64,000 nucleotides of DNA from an uncultured Bacilli bacterium (GTDB taxonomy: Bacteria; Bacillota_I; Bacilli_A; RF39; UBA660): positions 98,939 through 162,938 of the forward strand of contig CAKPDH010000001.1 in assembly GCA_934148845.1 (NCBI GenBank), read 5' to 3'. Shown here piece by piece: positions 47,203 to 56,390 of the stretch. The position numbers and the translations under genes are program-made. The notes under the pieces were generated by a model. That model was given only the letters and a program-made list of their open reading frames with translations, was not told the DNA's origin and ran no database searches. Numbering within the stretch: position 1 is the first letter of the stretch; every line of letters begins with the position of its first letter.

Positions 47203-47487
47203 ATGGCATATATAAATAATATGATAACTCCATATAAATTTGCAGTTTATGATAATACAACAGATGCTTATTATATAGTAAAAGCCAGAAAATCAAAAGG
47301 TATTAAAACTGCTCGGTGTATTATTTTATTACTTACTAATGGTAATAAAATAAATATAGTTAATAGTTCTTTATCAAAAAAATCATTAGAACAATATAAT
47401 CAAGTATGGGATTATATAATAAATAAAAATAATAATATATTGGTAGGTTATACCGATATAAATAAAAAAAATATAAAGAAAGTTTAA
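47203..47487 (+). CDS. Hypothetical protein (94-aa ORF; probably the C-terminal part of a disrupted longer gene starting at 47007)
   Basis: ORF has no Shine-Dalgarno sequence. The same frame is open back to 47116, preceded by a TM-helix-encoding stretch and an in-frame TGA; an upstream ATG at 47007 with a TAGGAG RBS is in another frame. Confidence 0.3.
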   Translation: MAYINNMITPYKFAVYDNTTDAYYIVKARKSKGIKTARCIILLLTNGNKINIVNSSLSKKSLEQYNQVWDYIINKNNNILVGYTDINKKNIKKV

Positions 47488-47506
47488 GAAAAGAGGTAAA
47501 ATAATT

Positions 47507-48046
47507 ATGGAATTAAAAGGAAGTAAAACTTATACTAATTTAATGAGTGCTTTTGCAGGAGAAAGTCAAGCAAGAAATAAGTATACATATTTTGCAAGTA
47601 AAGCGAGAAAAGAAGGCTATGAACAAATAGCAGCTATATTTGAAGAAACTGCTAATAATGAAAAAGAGCATGCTAAGATGTGGTTTAAATTATTAGAAGG
47701 TGGAGATATTAAAACTACTACTGATAATTTAAAAGCAGCTGCTGAGGGTGAGAATTATGAGTGGACTGATATGTACGCATCATTTGCTAAAACAGCAAAG
47801 GAAGAAGGTTTTGACCATATAGCTAAACTTTTTCTAGGTGTTGCTGAAATAGAAAAAGCACATGAAGAAAGATATAAAAAGTTACTTAAAAATATAGACG
47901 AAAAGATAGTATTTTCTAGCGAAGGAGATACTATTTGGATTTGTAGAAACTGTGGGCATATTGTAATTGGAAAGGAAGCTCCAAAAGTTTGTCCAATATG
48001 TGCTCATCCACAAAGCTATTTTGAAAGAAAAGCAAATAATTATTAA
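47507..48046 (+). CDS. rbr: Rubrerythrin
   Basis: Ferritin-like diiron domain (E..E..H pairs: ..[11 protein letters not shown].., ..[11 protein letters not shown]..) plus C-terminal rubredoxin-like CRNCGH...CPICAH. RBS AAGAGG. Confidence 0.85.
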   Translation: MELKGSKTYTNLMSAFAGESQARNKYTYFASKARKEGYEQIAAIFEETANNEKEHAKMWFKLLEGGDIKTTTDNLKAAAEGENYEWTDMYASFAKTAKEEGFDHIAKLFLGVAEIEKAHEERYKKLLKNIDEKIVFSSEGDTIWICRNCGHIVIGKEAPKVCPICAHPQSYFERKANNY

Positions 48047-48121
48047 TGCTTTTTTTTATTTCAAATGTTGCTTTTTTTTAAAATTAATAATATAATTATA
48101 TAGTAAGAAAGTAGGGATAAT

Positions 48122-49102
48122 ATGATTGATAAATTATTTATGAGAGTACTTGGAGCAATATCATCGGCGCTTATAATAGTATCTGTTTTTGTACCTTTTT
48201 CAACTATTGTAGATACGGGTCTTTTTGAATTATATGATAATCTAGACATGATTTATGTACCTATTACAATAATTGTATTTGGTGCAATTGGCGTACTAGC
48301 ATTTTCAATTAATATAAAAACAGAATTTGCATATACAACTGTAGGTGCTATTTCATTCTTTTTAATTATGCAAACTATGGAAGTATTAAATAATGGAGTA
48401 GGATTAAGTAAGTTTAGTTTAGGTTATTATTTCTTACTTATTGGTGATTTATTAACTCTTATATTTACATTTTTATCTAATTTAAAGCGAAAAAAAAGTG
48501 TATCACCAGTTATTATAGAAGATAATTCAAGTATTCCAGTGTCAAATCAAAATATATATAGTAATTTACAAGGTGTAAATCAAGTGCCTCAAACGCCAAA
48601 TATACAACCACAAGGATTAAATATGGCAGTAAATAATCAAATGCAAGTACCTAATTTAGGTATAAATAATCAAATACAACCACAAGTACCTATACAGCCT
48701 ATAAATCAAAATATAAATCCTATAAGTTTAGATCAAACACCTGGATTGAATTCAAATTTAACTAATACTAAGCAAATTAATCAAGTATCACAAGAACCTA
48801 TAAATAATTTAAATCCAAATCCTATAGGTTTAGAACCAATACCAGAGTTAAATGTAAATTTAACTTCACTTAATAGTAATATTCCACCTATCGCACCTGT
48901 TATTCAACCTCAAAATGAAACTGTAGATATGCCTAAAATGAATCCAGTGCTTGCTGAATTTACAAATAATAATATTCAACAAGTTCAAAATAATAAGTCC
49001 AAGAGTACAAATACTTTTTTAAATAATCAGGTAAATCAGACTAATACAAATAACCAATCAAATAGTACTGCACCATCGTCATTGGATATATTTGGAAGAT
49101 AA
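48122..49102 (+). CDS. Membrane protein with a Q/N/P-rich low-complexity C-terminal tail (hypothetical)
   Basis: 4 predicted TM helices in the first 130 aa, then about 190 aa rich in Gln/Asn/Pro/Ile (..NIQPQGLNMAVNNQMQVPNLGINNQIQPQVPIQP..). RBS GTAGGGA. Confidence 0.45.
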   Translation: MIDKLFMRVLGAISSALIIVSVFVPFSTIVDTGLFELYDNLDMIYVPITIIVFGAIGVLAFSINIKTEFAYTTVGAISFFLIMQTMEVLNNGVGLSKFSLGYYFLLIGDLLTLIFTFLSNLKRKKSVSPVIIEDNSSIPVSNQNIYSNLQGVNQVPQTPNIQPQGLNMAVNNQMQVPNLGINNQIQPQVPIQPINQNINPISLDQTPGLNSNLTNTKQINQVSQEPINNLNPNPIGLEPIPELNVNLTSLNSNIPPIAPVIQPQNETVDMPKMNPVLAEFTNNNIQQVQNNKSKSTNTFLNNQVNQTNTNNQSNSTAPSSLDIFGR

Positions 49103-49173
49103 GAAAAACTTAAGCTTATCTTTTTTTGACATTTTTTTTAATTTAAATAAAGTAAAATTAAATAGGTGATATC

Positions 49174-49551
49174 ATGTATTATCTATTTATAATTAAAGAT
49201 GATTATTTTAAACATAATAGTAAATATTTATATGAAATATTATATAAAATAAAACATATGCATAAAGAAAACTATAATTATGGTATTAGTTTATTTTATA
49301 ATATTTGTGAATTATTTGATACTAAAAATTTAAATAATTATATAAGTTCAAAATATAAATTAAATAAAATTAATAATAAATTCTATTTAGATAAATATAA
49401 TTATTTTGAAATAAAAAAAACATATTGTAAGATTAATAATAGTAAATATTTAAGAGAGATATTATGTATATTTTTCATATATAATAAAAATATTTTTGTA
49501 TGTGACTTTTTTTCAAATGAATATTTTTGGTTAAGAGATAAATTTAAATAA
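49174..49551 (+). CDS. Hypothetical protein, Tyr/Asn/Lys-rich (125 aa)
   Basis: RBS GGTGAT before the ATG. Extremely AT-rich codon composition, no recognisable motif; could be non-coding. Confidence 0.3.
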   Translation: MYYLFIIKDDYFKHNSKYLYEILYKIKHMHKENYNYGISLFYNICELFDTKNLNNYISSKYKLNKINNKFYLDKYNYFEIKKTYCKINNSKYLREILCIFFIYNKNIFVCDFFSNEYFWLRDKFK

Positions 49552-49606
49552 TACTTGAAAAATATACATTAATATAGTAAAATGTTTATACAAGGGAGGA
49601 TATAAC

Positions 49607-49810
49607 ATGGATATTTTATATATATTAATAGGGCTTGTAATTGGAGCAGTAATAGGATTTTTTGTAGCACGTTCATATATGAAAAAATTTTTAAAGAAAA
49701 ATCCACCAATTAATGAACAAATGATTAAAGCTATGATGATGCAGATGGGAAGAACTCCTAGTCAAAAGCAAGTAAATCAAATGATGAAATCAATGAATAA
49801 ATATATGTAA
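49607..49810 (+). CDS. yneF: UPF0154-family small membrane protein (YneF-like)
   Basis: [65 protein letters not shown] matches the conserved YneF family (TM + [16 protein letters not shown]). Confidence 0.65.
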   Translation: MDILYILIGLVIGAVIGFFVARSYMKKFLKKNPPINEQMIKAMMMQMGRTPSQKQVNQMMKSMNKYM

Positions 49811-49838
49811 TACCAATATTGAATTTTGGTATTTTTTT
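49811..49838 (+). terminator. Terminator after yneF
   Basis: TACCAA-9 nt-TTGGTA followed by T7; overlaps the next promoter. Confidence 0.6.
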
Positions 49839-49846
49839 GTTATAAT
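49819..49846 (+). promoter_or_regulatory. Promoter of the pilin-like LRR gene
   Basis: TTGAAT -35, 16-nt spacer, extended -10 TGtTATAAT. RBS AGAGAGG. Confidence 0.45.
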
Positions 49847-49873
49847 TTATATAGTCGGTTAGAGAGGTAAAAT

Positions 49874-51382
49874 ATGAAAAGAAAAGGATTTACATTAATA
49901 GAACTACTTGCAGTAATAGTAATACTTGCAATAATAGCTTTAATAGCAACTCCAATTATACTTGGTATAATAGAGGATACGAGAAATTCATCAAAAGATG
50001 AAAGTGTAAAATTATATTTAGACACTTTAAAGAAGAGTATAGCATCTGTGCTTGCAACTGATCCAAAATTTGATACACAATATTTAGAATGTGGTGTGAA
50101 TAGTGATAGTAGTGCAGTTTGTAATTATAAAAATATAAAAGTTGAAATTAGTGGTAATACTCCTATATCAGGTAGGATTACTATTGAAAATGGTAAAATT
50201 ATTAGTGCAATAAATTTACAATTTAAAAATGATGATAATATTTATAAATTTGAGAATAATAAATTAGTATTAATGTCTCTTGATGAATTAACTGAAAGCT
50301 GCTTTGTAAGTTTAACTCAAGGTGAAATAAGCGTATATGATACATTTTGTCCCAAAAATATAAAGTTGAGTAAAAATTTGGGATTACCGGTTAGTACAGT
50401 AAAACAAAGTTCGTTTAATAAATCAAAGTGTATGGCATATGCAAAATCTTCTTCTGATGTTAATGATATTATGACAGAAGAAGAATTGTGTGCTGCTATT
50501 GCTAGTAATTATGAAAATTTTGATACCGCAATAAAAATTAAAGTTGGAGATGTAACATTTGAAAGAACTAAAGACAAGTATAAAATATCAAAAATAGGAA
50601 ATTCTGCTTTTGTAGGTAATGGAATAACAAATATAGAACTATCAGATAATATAGTTGAAATAGGTGCAAATGCATTTTCAGGAAATAGTTTAACAAGTAT
50701 CAAAATTCCAAATAGCATAACAAGTATAGGAGATAATGCATTTTCAAATAATAAACTTACAAACATAATAATTCCAAATAGTATAACAAATATAGGTGAA
50801 TCTGTTTTTGAAGAAAATGAGTTAATAAGTGTCGAAATTCCAAATAGTGTAACAAGTATAGGTGATTATGCATTTAGCGATAATAAACTTACAAATGTAA
50901 GTATTCCAGATAGTGTAACAAATATAGGTAGGGAAGCATTTTCAAATAATAAGCTTAAAAGTGTAACTGTTCCAAAGAATTTAACAACAATGGGATATTA
51001 TATATTTTCTAACAATAAAATATCAACTGTGAAAATATCTGATGGTGTTAAGGAAATTAGCTTCGGAATGTTTTATAAAAATGAACTTACAAGTGTAAGT
51101 ATTCCAAATAGCGTAACTAGAATAGAGACTGATGCATTTAATTATAATAATATAACTAATGTAGAAATTGGATCAGGAATTGAATATTTAGGAACACGTT
51201 GTTTTTATAATGATAAAGAAGTTGATGAGAATAATAATATAACGTATGGCCCAAATGAAATTAAAGTATTTAAAATACATAAGACAAAAGATGAAAGCAT
51301 ATTTAAAAATGGTAACTATAATAAAACTGTTTTCATAGGTAGCGATGGTAAGAGTAATTCAAATATAATTTGGGATAGTTAA
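49874..51382 (+). CDS. Type IV pilin-like (class III signal peptide) protein with C-terminal BspA/TpLRR-type leucine-rich repeats
   Basis: N-terminus MKRKG|FTLIELLAVIVILAIIALIATPIILG: basic leader, Gly-Phe cleavage site, Glu+5 and hydrophobic helix of prepilins. C-terminal about 250 aa consist of about 9 tandem LRR_5-like units (IPNSITSIGDNAFSNNKLTNI...). Paralogous C-terminal domain to the 12581 gene. Confidence 0.65.
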   Translation: MKRKGFTLIELLAVIVILAIIALIATPIILGIIEDTRNSSKDESVKLYLDTLKKSIASVLATDPKFDTQYLECGVNSDSSAVCNYKNIKVEISGNTPISGRITIENGKIISAINLQFKNDDNIYKFENNKLVLMSLDELTESCFVSLTQGEISVYDTFCPKNIKLSKNLGLPVSTVKQSSFNKSKCMAYAKSSSDVNDIMTEEELCAAIASNYENFDTAIKIKVGDVTFERTKDKYKISKIGNSAFVGNGITNIELSDNIVEIGANAFSGNSLTSIKIPNSITSIGDNAFSNNKLTNIIIPNSITNIGESVFEENELISVEIPNSVTSIGDYAFSDNKLTNVSIPDSVTNIGREAFSNNKLKSVTVPKNLTTMGYYIFSNNKISTVKISDGVKEISFGMFYKNELTSVSIPNSVTRIETDAFNYNNITNVEIGSGIEYLGTRCFYNDKEVDENNNITYGPNEIKVFKIHKTKDESIFKNGNYNKTVFIGSDGKSNSNIIWDS

Positions 51383-51398
51383 TATAAAATATAATAAT

Positions 51399-51418
51399 AA
51401 AGTGGCTAATGCCACTTT
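51399..51418. terminator. Bidirectional hairpin between the pilin-like gene and clpP
   Basis: AAAGTGGC-taat-GCCACTTT. Confidence 0.5.
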
Positions 51419-51419
51419 A

Positions 51420-51989
51420 TTAATTTATTATTTTATCTATAATTCCATATTCTAAAGCTTCTAAAGCTGACATAAAATTGTCTCTATCTGTATCATGTTC
51501 TATTATTTCTATATTCTTGCCTGTGTTATCAGCAAGTATTTTATTTAATATGCTTTTAGTTTTCAAAATATGTTCTGCAGCTATTTTTATTTCTGTAGCT
51601 TGGCCTTGTGCACCACCAAGAGGTTGATGTATCATAACTTCAGCATTCGGAAGTATAAATCTTTTTCCCTTTTTTCCACTGCTAAGTAAAAAAGCCGCCA
51701 TTGAAGCACATATACCCATTCCTATTGTTGAAACATCACTTTTTATATAATTCATTGTATCATAGATTGCCATTCCATCTGTAACAGAACCACCTGGTGA
51801 GTTAATATAAATATTTATAGTTTCATTTCCTAATGAGTCTAAATAAAGAAGTTGAGCAATAACAGAATTAGCGCTTTCATTATTAATCTCACCATTAATA
51901 ATTATAATTCTGTCTTTTAAAAGTCTTGAGTATATATCATACGCTCTTTCTGTATTGTTTACTTTATCGATTACTGTTGGAATTATCAT
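51420..51989 (-). CDS. clpP: ATP-dependent Clp protease proteolytic subunit
   Basis: ..[19 protein letters not shown].., catalytic Ser region [16 protein letters not shown], His region ..IHQPLGG..; 189 aa. Confidence 0.9.
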   Translation of the reverse strand: MIIPTVIDKVNNTERAYDIYSRLLKDRIIIINGEINNESANSVIAQLLYLDSLGNETINIYINSPGGSVTDGMAIYDTMNYIKSDVSTIGMGICASMAAFLLSSGKKGKRFILPNAEVMIHQPLGGAQGQATEIKIAAEHILKTKSILNKILADNTGKNIEIIEHDTDRDNFMSALEALEYGIIDKIIN

Positions 51990-52098
51990 AAAATCATCTC
52001 CTATGTATATAATAGTTGTAAATAGTGAATTTATTCAACTAATAAGTCGACAAATTTATTTTTTTTTGATATTATTAGTATAGAAAGTAGGAAATAAT

Positions 52099-53760
52099 AT
52101 GTATAAAAAGTATAAAGTTACGTTTAGGGGAGAAGTATTTGAATTTGAAGAAGATACTACATTTAAAGAAATATCGGAGTCTTTTAAGAAATATTATAAA
52201 TATGAAATTTTAGTTGCTAAAGTAGATAATGATATTGTTGATTTAAGTGAAAAACTAAAAAAATCTTGTACTATTGATTTTTTTGATAGAAGTTATCAAA
52301 TAGGACAATCTGTGTATACTAATAGTGTTATATTTATGCTTGTTCTTGCTGTTAAAAATTTATTTGGCGAAGATGTTTCTGTAGTTGTAGAGCATTCTAT
52401 GGATCATGGAGTATATTGTAGTTTTAAAAATTTTACATTAGATAATAAAAAGCTTGATTTAATATATGATGAAATGAAAAACATTTCTTTAGAAAATTAT
52501 TTGTTTACTAAAATAAGTGTGTATAGATTAGACGCAATTAAGTATTTTAAGAAACTTAAAATGTATGATAGAGTAAATGTACTTAAATATATTTCAAATA
52601 CATATATAAATCTTTATAGAATTAATGATATGTATGATTATTATTATGGTAAAATGGCATATAGTACATCTCAAATAGATAGTTTTAAACTTTCTTATGT
52701 AAATGATACTGGGTTTGTATTATCAATGCCTGATATTGTAAATCCTGAGTGTACATTAGATTATGTTCATCATGAAAAGATATTTGAAAAATATAGAGAA
52801 TATGGAAACTGGGGCAATATTCTTGGTATAGAAAATGCTGCTGATTTAAATAAAATTGTATCAAGTGCTAAGGTAAGCGAATTAATAAATTTATCAGAGG
52901 CATATTATGATAGTCAATTATCTAGAATAGCGGATGATATATTTAGTAAGAGTGATCGCGTTAAAATTGTACTTTTAGCGGGGCCATCATCTAGTGGTAA
53001 AACTACAACGTCAAAAAAATTAAGTATATATTTAAAAAGTAAAGGATTTATAACACATCCAATAGAGCTTGATAATTATTTTACTGATATATCTAAAAGG
53101 GCACTTGATAAAGATGGTAATCCTGATTTTGAATCAGTAAAAGCTTTGGATGTGGAACTTTTTAATAAGCATTTAAATCAATTACTTGAAGGAAAAAAGG
53201 TAAGTTTACCTACATATAATTTTGTATTAGGTAAAAGGGAATATAATGGTAATTACTTGCAGCTTGGGTCAAGAGATATTATTGTTGTAGAAGGGTTACA
53301 TGCATTAAATGATTTATTAACACTTAGTATTCCTGATTCTAAAAAATATAAAATATTTATAAGCCCTTTGGTACAAATTAATATTGATAATCATAATTAT
53401 ATTCATACAAGTGATGTTAGAAAATTAAGAAGAATAGTAAGAGATAGTAAAACTAGAGGATATGGGGCTAAGGATACTCTTTCTATGTGGCCAGCTATAA
53501 AATCTGGAGAAAGAGATAATATATTTAAGTTTCAAGACAATGTTGATGTAGTAATTAATTCATCTTTAATTTATGAAATTGGTGTATTAAAGACTTATGT
53601 TGAACCATTACTATTTAATGTTTTAGAAGATGATCCTGAATATCCTGAAGCATTAAGACTTATAAATTTCCTTAGAAATTTTTTACCAATACCTAGTGAT
53701 GATGTCCCACCACAATCAGTACTTAGAGAATTTATAGGTGGAAGTTGTTTTACAAAATAA
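52099..53760 (+). CDS. Uridine kinase-family (PRK) nucleoside kinase fused to an N-terminal TGS-like and ThrRS-SAD-like region
   Basis: N-terminal about 60 aa beta-grasp-like (YKVTFRGEVFEFEEDTTFKEISE..AKVDNDIVDLSE), then ..VVVEHSMDHGVYC.. (HxxxH as in the ThrRS/AlaRS second additional domain). P-loop AGPSSSGKTTTSKKL and Udk-like ..VVEGLHALND.. region. 553 aa. Confidence 0.55.
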   Translation: MYKKYKVTFRGEVFEFEEDTTFKEISESFKKYYKYEILVAKVDNDIVDLSEKLKKSCTIDFFDRSYQIGQSVYTNSVIFMLVLAVKNLFGEDVSVVVEHSMDHGVYCSFKNFTLDNKKLDLIYDEMKNISLENYLFTKISVYRLDAIKYFKKLKMYDRVNVLKYISNTYINLYRINDMYDYYYGKMAYSTSQIDSFKLSYVNDTGFVLSMPDIVNPECTLDYVHHEKIFEKYREYGNWGNILGIENAADLNKIVSSAKVSELINLSEAYYDSQLSRIADDIFSKSDRVKIVLLAGPSSSGKTTTSKKLSIYLKSKGFITHPIELDNYFTDISKRALDKDGNPDFESVKALDVELFNKHLNQLLEGKKVSLPTYNFVLGKREYNGNYLQLGSRDIIVVEGLHALNDLLTLSIPDSKKYKIFISPLVQINIDNHNYIHTSDVRKLRRIVRDSKTRGYGAKDTLSMWPAIKSGERDNIFKFQDNVDVVINSSLIYEIGVLKTYVEPLLFNVLEDDPEYPEALRLINFLRNFLPIPSDDVPPQSVLREFIGGSCFTK

Positions 53761-53779
53761 AAAAAGAAAGAGTGATAAT

Positions 53780-54787
53780 ATGATAAAAGTAGCAATTAAT
53801 GGATTTGGAAGAATAGGAAGATTAGTATTTAGAATAATGGAAGAGGATCCTAACTTTTCTGTTGTAGCAATTAATGATTTAACTGATGCAGAGCAACTTG
53901 CATATTTGTTAAAATATGATACAAATCATGGAAATTATAGGGTAGATGAAATTGGGTATACAGATGATTCAATAATAGTAGGAAATAGAAAAGTAAGGGT
54001 TTATTCATCAGTAGATCCATCAACTCTTCCTTGGGGTGAACTTGGTATAGATGAAGTATTTGAATGTACAGGTAGATTTACTGATTATGATGCATCGTAT
54101 GCTCATATTAAGGCAGGCGCTAAAAAGGTTATAATAAGTGCTCCAGCAAAAGGAGATTTAAAAACTATCGTATATGGTGTAAATGAACATATATTAGATG
54201 GAAGTGAAAAGGTTATAAGTGCAGCGTCTTGTACAACTAATTGTCTTGCTCCAGTACTTAATGTAATAGAAAAAAATATTGGAATAAATAAAGGATATAT
54301 GACTACTGTGCATGCATATACTAATGATCAAGCAACTCTAGATATAGCTCATAAAAAAGGTATAAATTCAAGACGCGGTAGAGCTTGTTGTGCAAATATT
54401 GTACCGTCAAGTACTGGTGCTGCAAGTGCAATAGGATTAGTAATTCCAAATCTTAAAGGAAAACTTGATGGTAGTGCTCTTAGAGTACCTGTTACAACTG
54501 GTTCTATAATTGATTTAACATTAGATCTTAAAAGAAGTACAACTATAGATGAAATAAATGATTTATTTAGAGCAAATAAGAGTGATGCTATTAATATAAC
54601 TATGGATCCAATTGTATCTAGTGATATTAAAGGATCTAAATTAGGGGCACTAGTAGATGGGCAGTTAACTAAGGTTTTAAATACTAATGAGGGTGAACTT
54701 GTAAAAATAGTTGCTTGGTATGATAATGAGATGGGTTATTCTGCACAAATGGTAAGAACAGCTAAATATTTAGGTAATCTTAAATAA
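53780..54787 (+). CDS. gap: Glyceraldehyde-3-phosphate dehydrogenase (type I)
   Basis: MIKVAINGFGRIGR (NAD-binding), catalytic ASCTTNCLAP, ..WYDNEMGYS..; the ATG at 53780 lies 14 codons inside the track ORF. Confidence 0.9.
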   Translation: MIKVAINGFGRIGRLVFRIMEEDPNFSVVAINDLTDAEQLAYLLKYDTNHGNYRVDEIGYTDDSIIVGNRKVRVYSSVDPSTLPWGELGIDEVFECTGRFTDYDASYAHIKAGAKKVIISAPAKGDLKTIVYGVNEHILDGSEKVISAASCTTNCLAPVLNVIEKNIGINKGYMTTVHAYTNDQATLDIAHKKGINSRRGRACCANIVPSSTGAASAIGLVIPNLKGKLDGSALRVPVTTGSIIDLTLDLKRSTTIDEINDLFRANKSDAINITMDPIVSSDIKGSKLGALVDGQLTKVLNTNEGELVKIVAWYDNEMGYSAQMVRTAKYLGNLK

Positions 54788-55287
54788 TGCTTTATATTCA
54801 GTTAATTGGTATATTAGGCTTTTGTTTACTTGTATTATCTTATTATAAAAAGAAAACAAAGGAAATAATAATATACCAAACGGTATCGAATTTTGCATAT
54901 TTTATACATTATTTTTTGCTTTTAGCTCTTCCAGGTGCTTTTTGTAGCCTAATTGGAATATTGAGAAATATATTGTTTATTAAAACTAACATTAATAAAA
55001 AAATTATATTTTCATTAATGTTTCTTTTATATTTAACAGTTACAATAGTTTTTTATGAAGACTTATATTCTATATTTCCTATCGTAGGAAATGCATCTTA
55101 TATGGGATTTATGGTAACAAATAATAGAGATAAAATCTTAATTGGAGGAATTATAAATTCAATTATGTGGTTTAGTTATTCTATTTTTGTATCTTCATAT
55201 TCAGGTATGATAACTGAGATGATTTTAATAATATCAAATATCATATTATTAATTAGATTAAATAAAAAAAAGATTAGGAACTTCTAA
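54787..55287 (+). CDS. Small polytopic membrane protein (hypothetical, YgjV-like size)
   Basis: 166 aa, about 5 TM helices, start overlapping the gap stop (TAATG). Confidence 0.4.
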   Translation: MLYIQLIGILGFCLLVLSYYKKKTKEIIIYQTVSNFAYFIHYFLLLALPGAFCSLIGILRNILFIKTNINKKIIFSLMFLLYLTVTIVFYEDLYSIFPIVGNASYMGFMVTNNRDKILIGGIINSIMWFSYSIFVSSYSGMITEMILIISNIILLIRLNKKKIRNF

Positions 55288-55338
55288 TCTTTTATTGTTA
55301 AAAACATTTGTTTGTGTTATACTTGTTATGGTGAGGTT

Positions 55339-55893
55339 ATGTTTGAATATATAAAAGGAAAAATTGTAAAACAAGAAAGTAATTATATTGTACTTGAAAA
55401 TAATGGTATTGGTTATTTAATATATGTACCAAATCCTTATTCATTTATTAGTAATATAGATACTATAGTATATATATATCAATTAGTAAGAGAAGATGAA
55501 ATTTCTTTATATGGATTTAAAACATATGAAGAAAAAGAATTGTTTTTAAAGCTTATAAATGTAAAAGGCTTAGGATGTAAAATGGCACTTCCAATACTTG
55601 CAACAGGTTCTATATCTGGAATTATAGATGCAATAGAAAGAGAAAATATATTATATTTAAAGAAATTTCCTAAAATAGGAGATAAAGTTGCTAGACAAAT
55701 TGTATTAGATTTAAAGGGAAAAATAAGTAGTAATAATTTGAGCAATAAACTTAAGGATTATGATGAATTAGTAGATGTATTAAAGGGCTTAGGCTATAAG
55801 CAAAGTGATATTAATAAAATTTTACCACAAATAAATAGTGAATTAGATATAGAAAGTCAAATAAAGGAAGCTTTAAAGCTAATGCTTAAATAA
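55339..55893 (+). CDS. ruvA: Holliday junction branch migration complex subunit RuvA
   Basis: MFEYIKGKIV.. OB domain, two HhH motifs (..LINVKGLGCKMALPIL.., ..LKKFPKIGDKVARQIVLDLKGK..), C-terminal RuvB-interaction domain. Confidence 0.85.
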   Translation: MFEYIKGKIVKQESNYIVLENNGIGYLIYVPNPYSFISNIDTIVYIYQLVREDEISLYGFKTYEEKELFLKLINVKGLGCKMALPILATGSISGIIDAIERENILYLKKFPKIGDKVARQIVLDLKGKISSNNLSNKLKDYDELVDVLKGLGYKQSDINKILPQINSELDIESQIKEALKLMLK

Positions 55894-56387
55894 TGAAAAT
55901 TGGAATAGATATAGATGATACATTAACTAATACTGATTTAGAATTTAAGAAAGTTATGAGTAAGTATGTAAATAGTGATAAAGGCTATAAAGATAAATTA
56001 ACTACTTTGGAATATAAAATATTTCTAGATAATATAGAAGAAATAATGTCCAAAGCAAATCTTAAAGAAGATGCAAAAGATGTATTATATGAGTTAAGAA
56101 ACTTAGGACATAAATTATATATAATAACTGCTCGTAGCAATAAATTTTCAAAAAATATAGAAGATATTACTATGAATTTTATTAAAAAAAATAACTTGAA
56201 ATTTGATAAAATAATATTTAATCAACAAAAAAAGTCTGATATTGCTAAAAAGCTAGAATTAGACTTAATGATAGATGATAATATTGCTGTTTACAATAAT
56301 ATGAAAGAGGAAAATATTAATTGTATTTTGTTTGGCGATAAAATAAGAACTTGGAAAGAAGTACTTGATTATATTAAAAGGATGTGA
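55893..56387 (+). CDS. HAD-superfamily hydrolase, 5'(3')-deoxyribonucleotidase-like
   Basis: Motif I GIDIDDTL (DxDxT), motif II ..LYIITARS.., motif IV ..MIDDN..; 164 aa. Inserted between ruvA and ruvB. Confidence 0.5.
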   Translation: MKIGIDIDDTLTNTDLEFKKVMSKYVNSDKGYKDKLTTLEYKIFLDNIEEIMSKANLKEDAKDVLYELRNLGHKLYIITARSNKFSKNIEDITMNFIKKNNLKFDKIIFNQQKKSDIAKKLELDLMIDDNIAVYNNMKEENINCILFGDKIRTWKEVLDYIKRM

Positions 56388-56390
56388 ATT

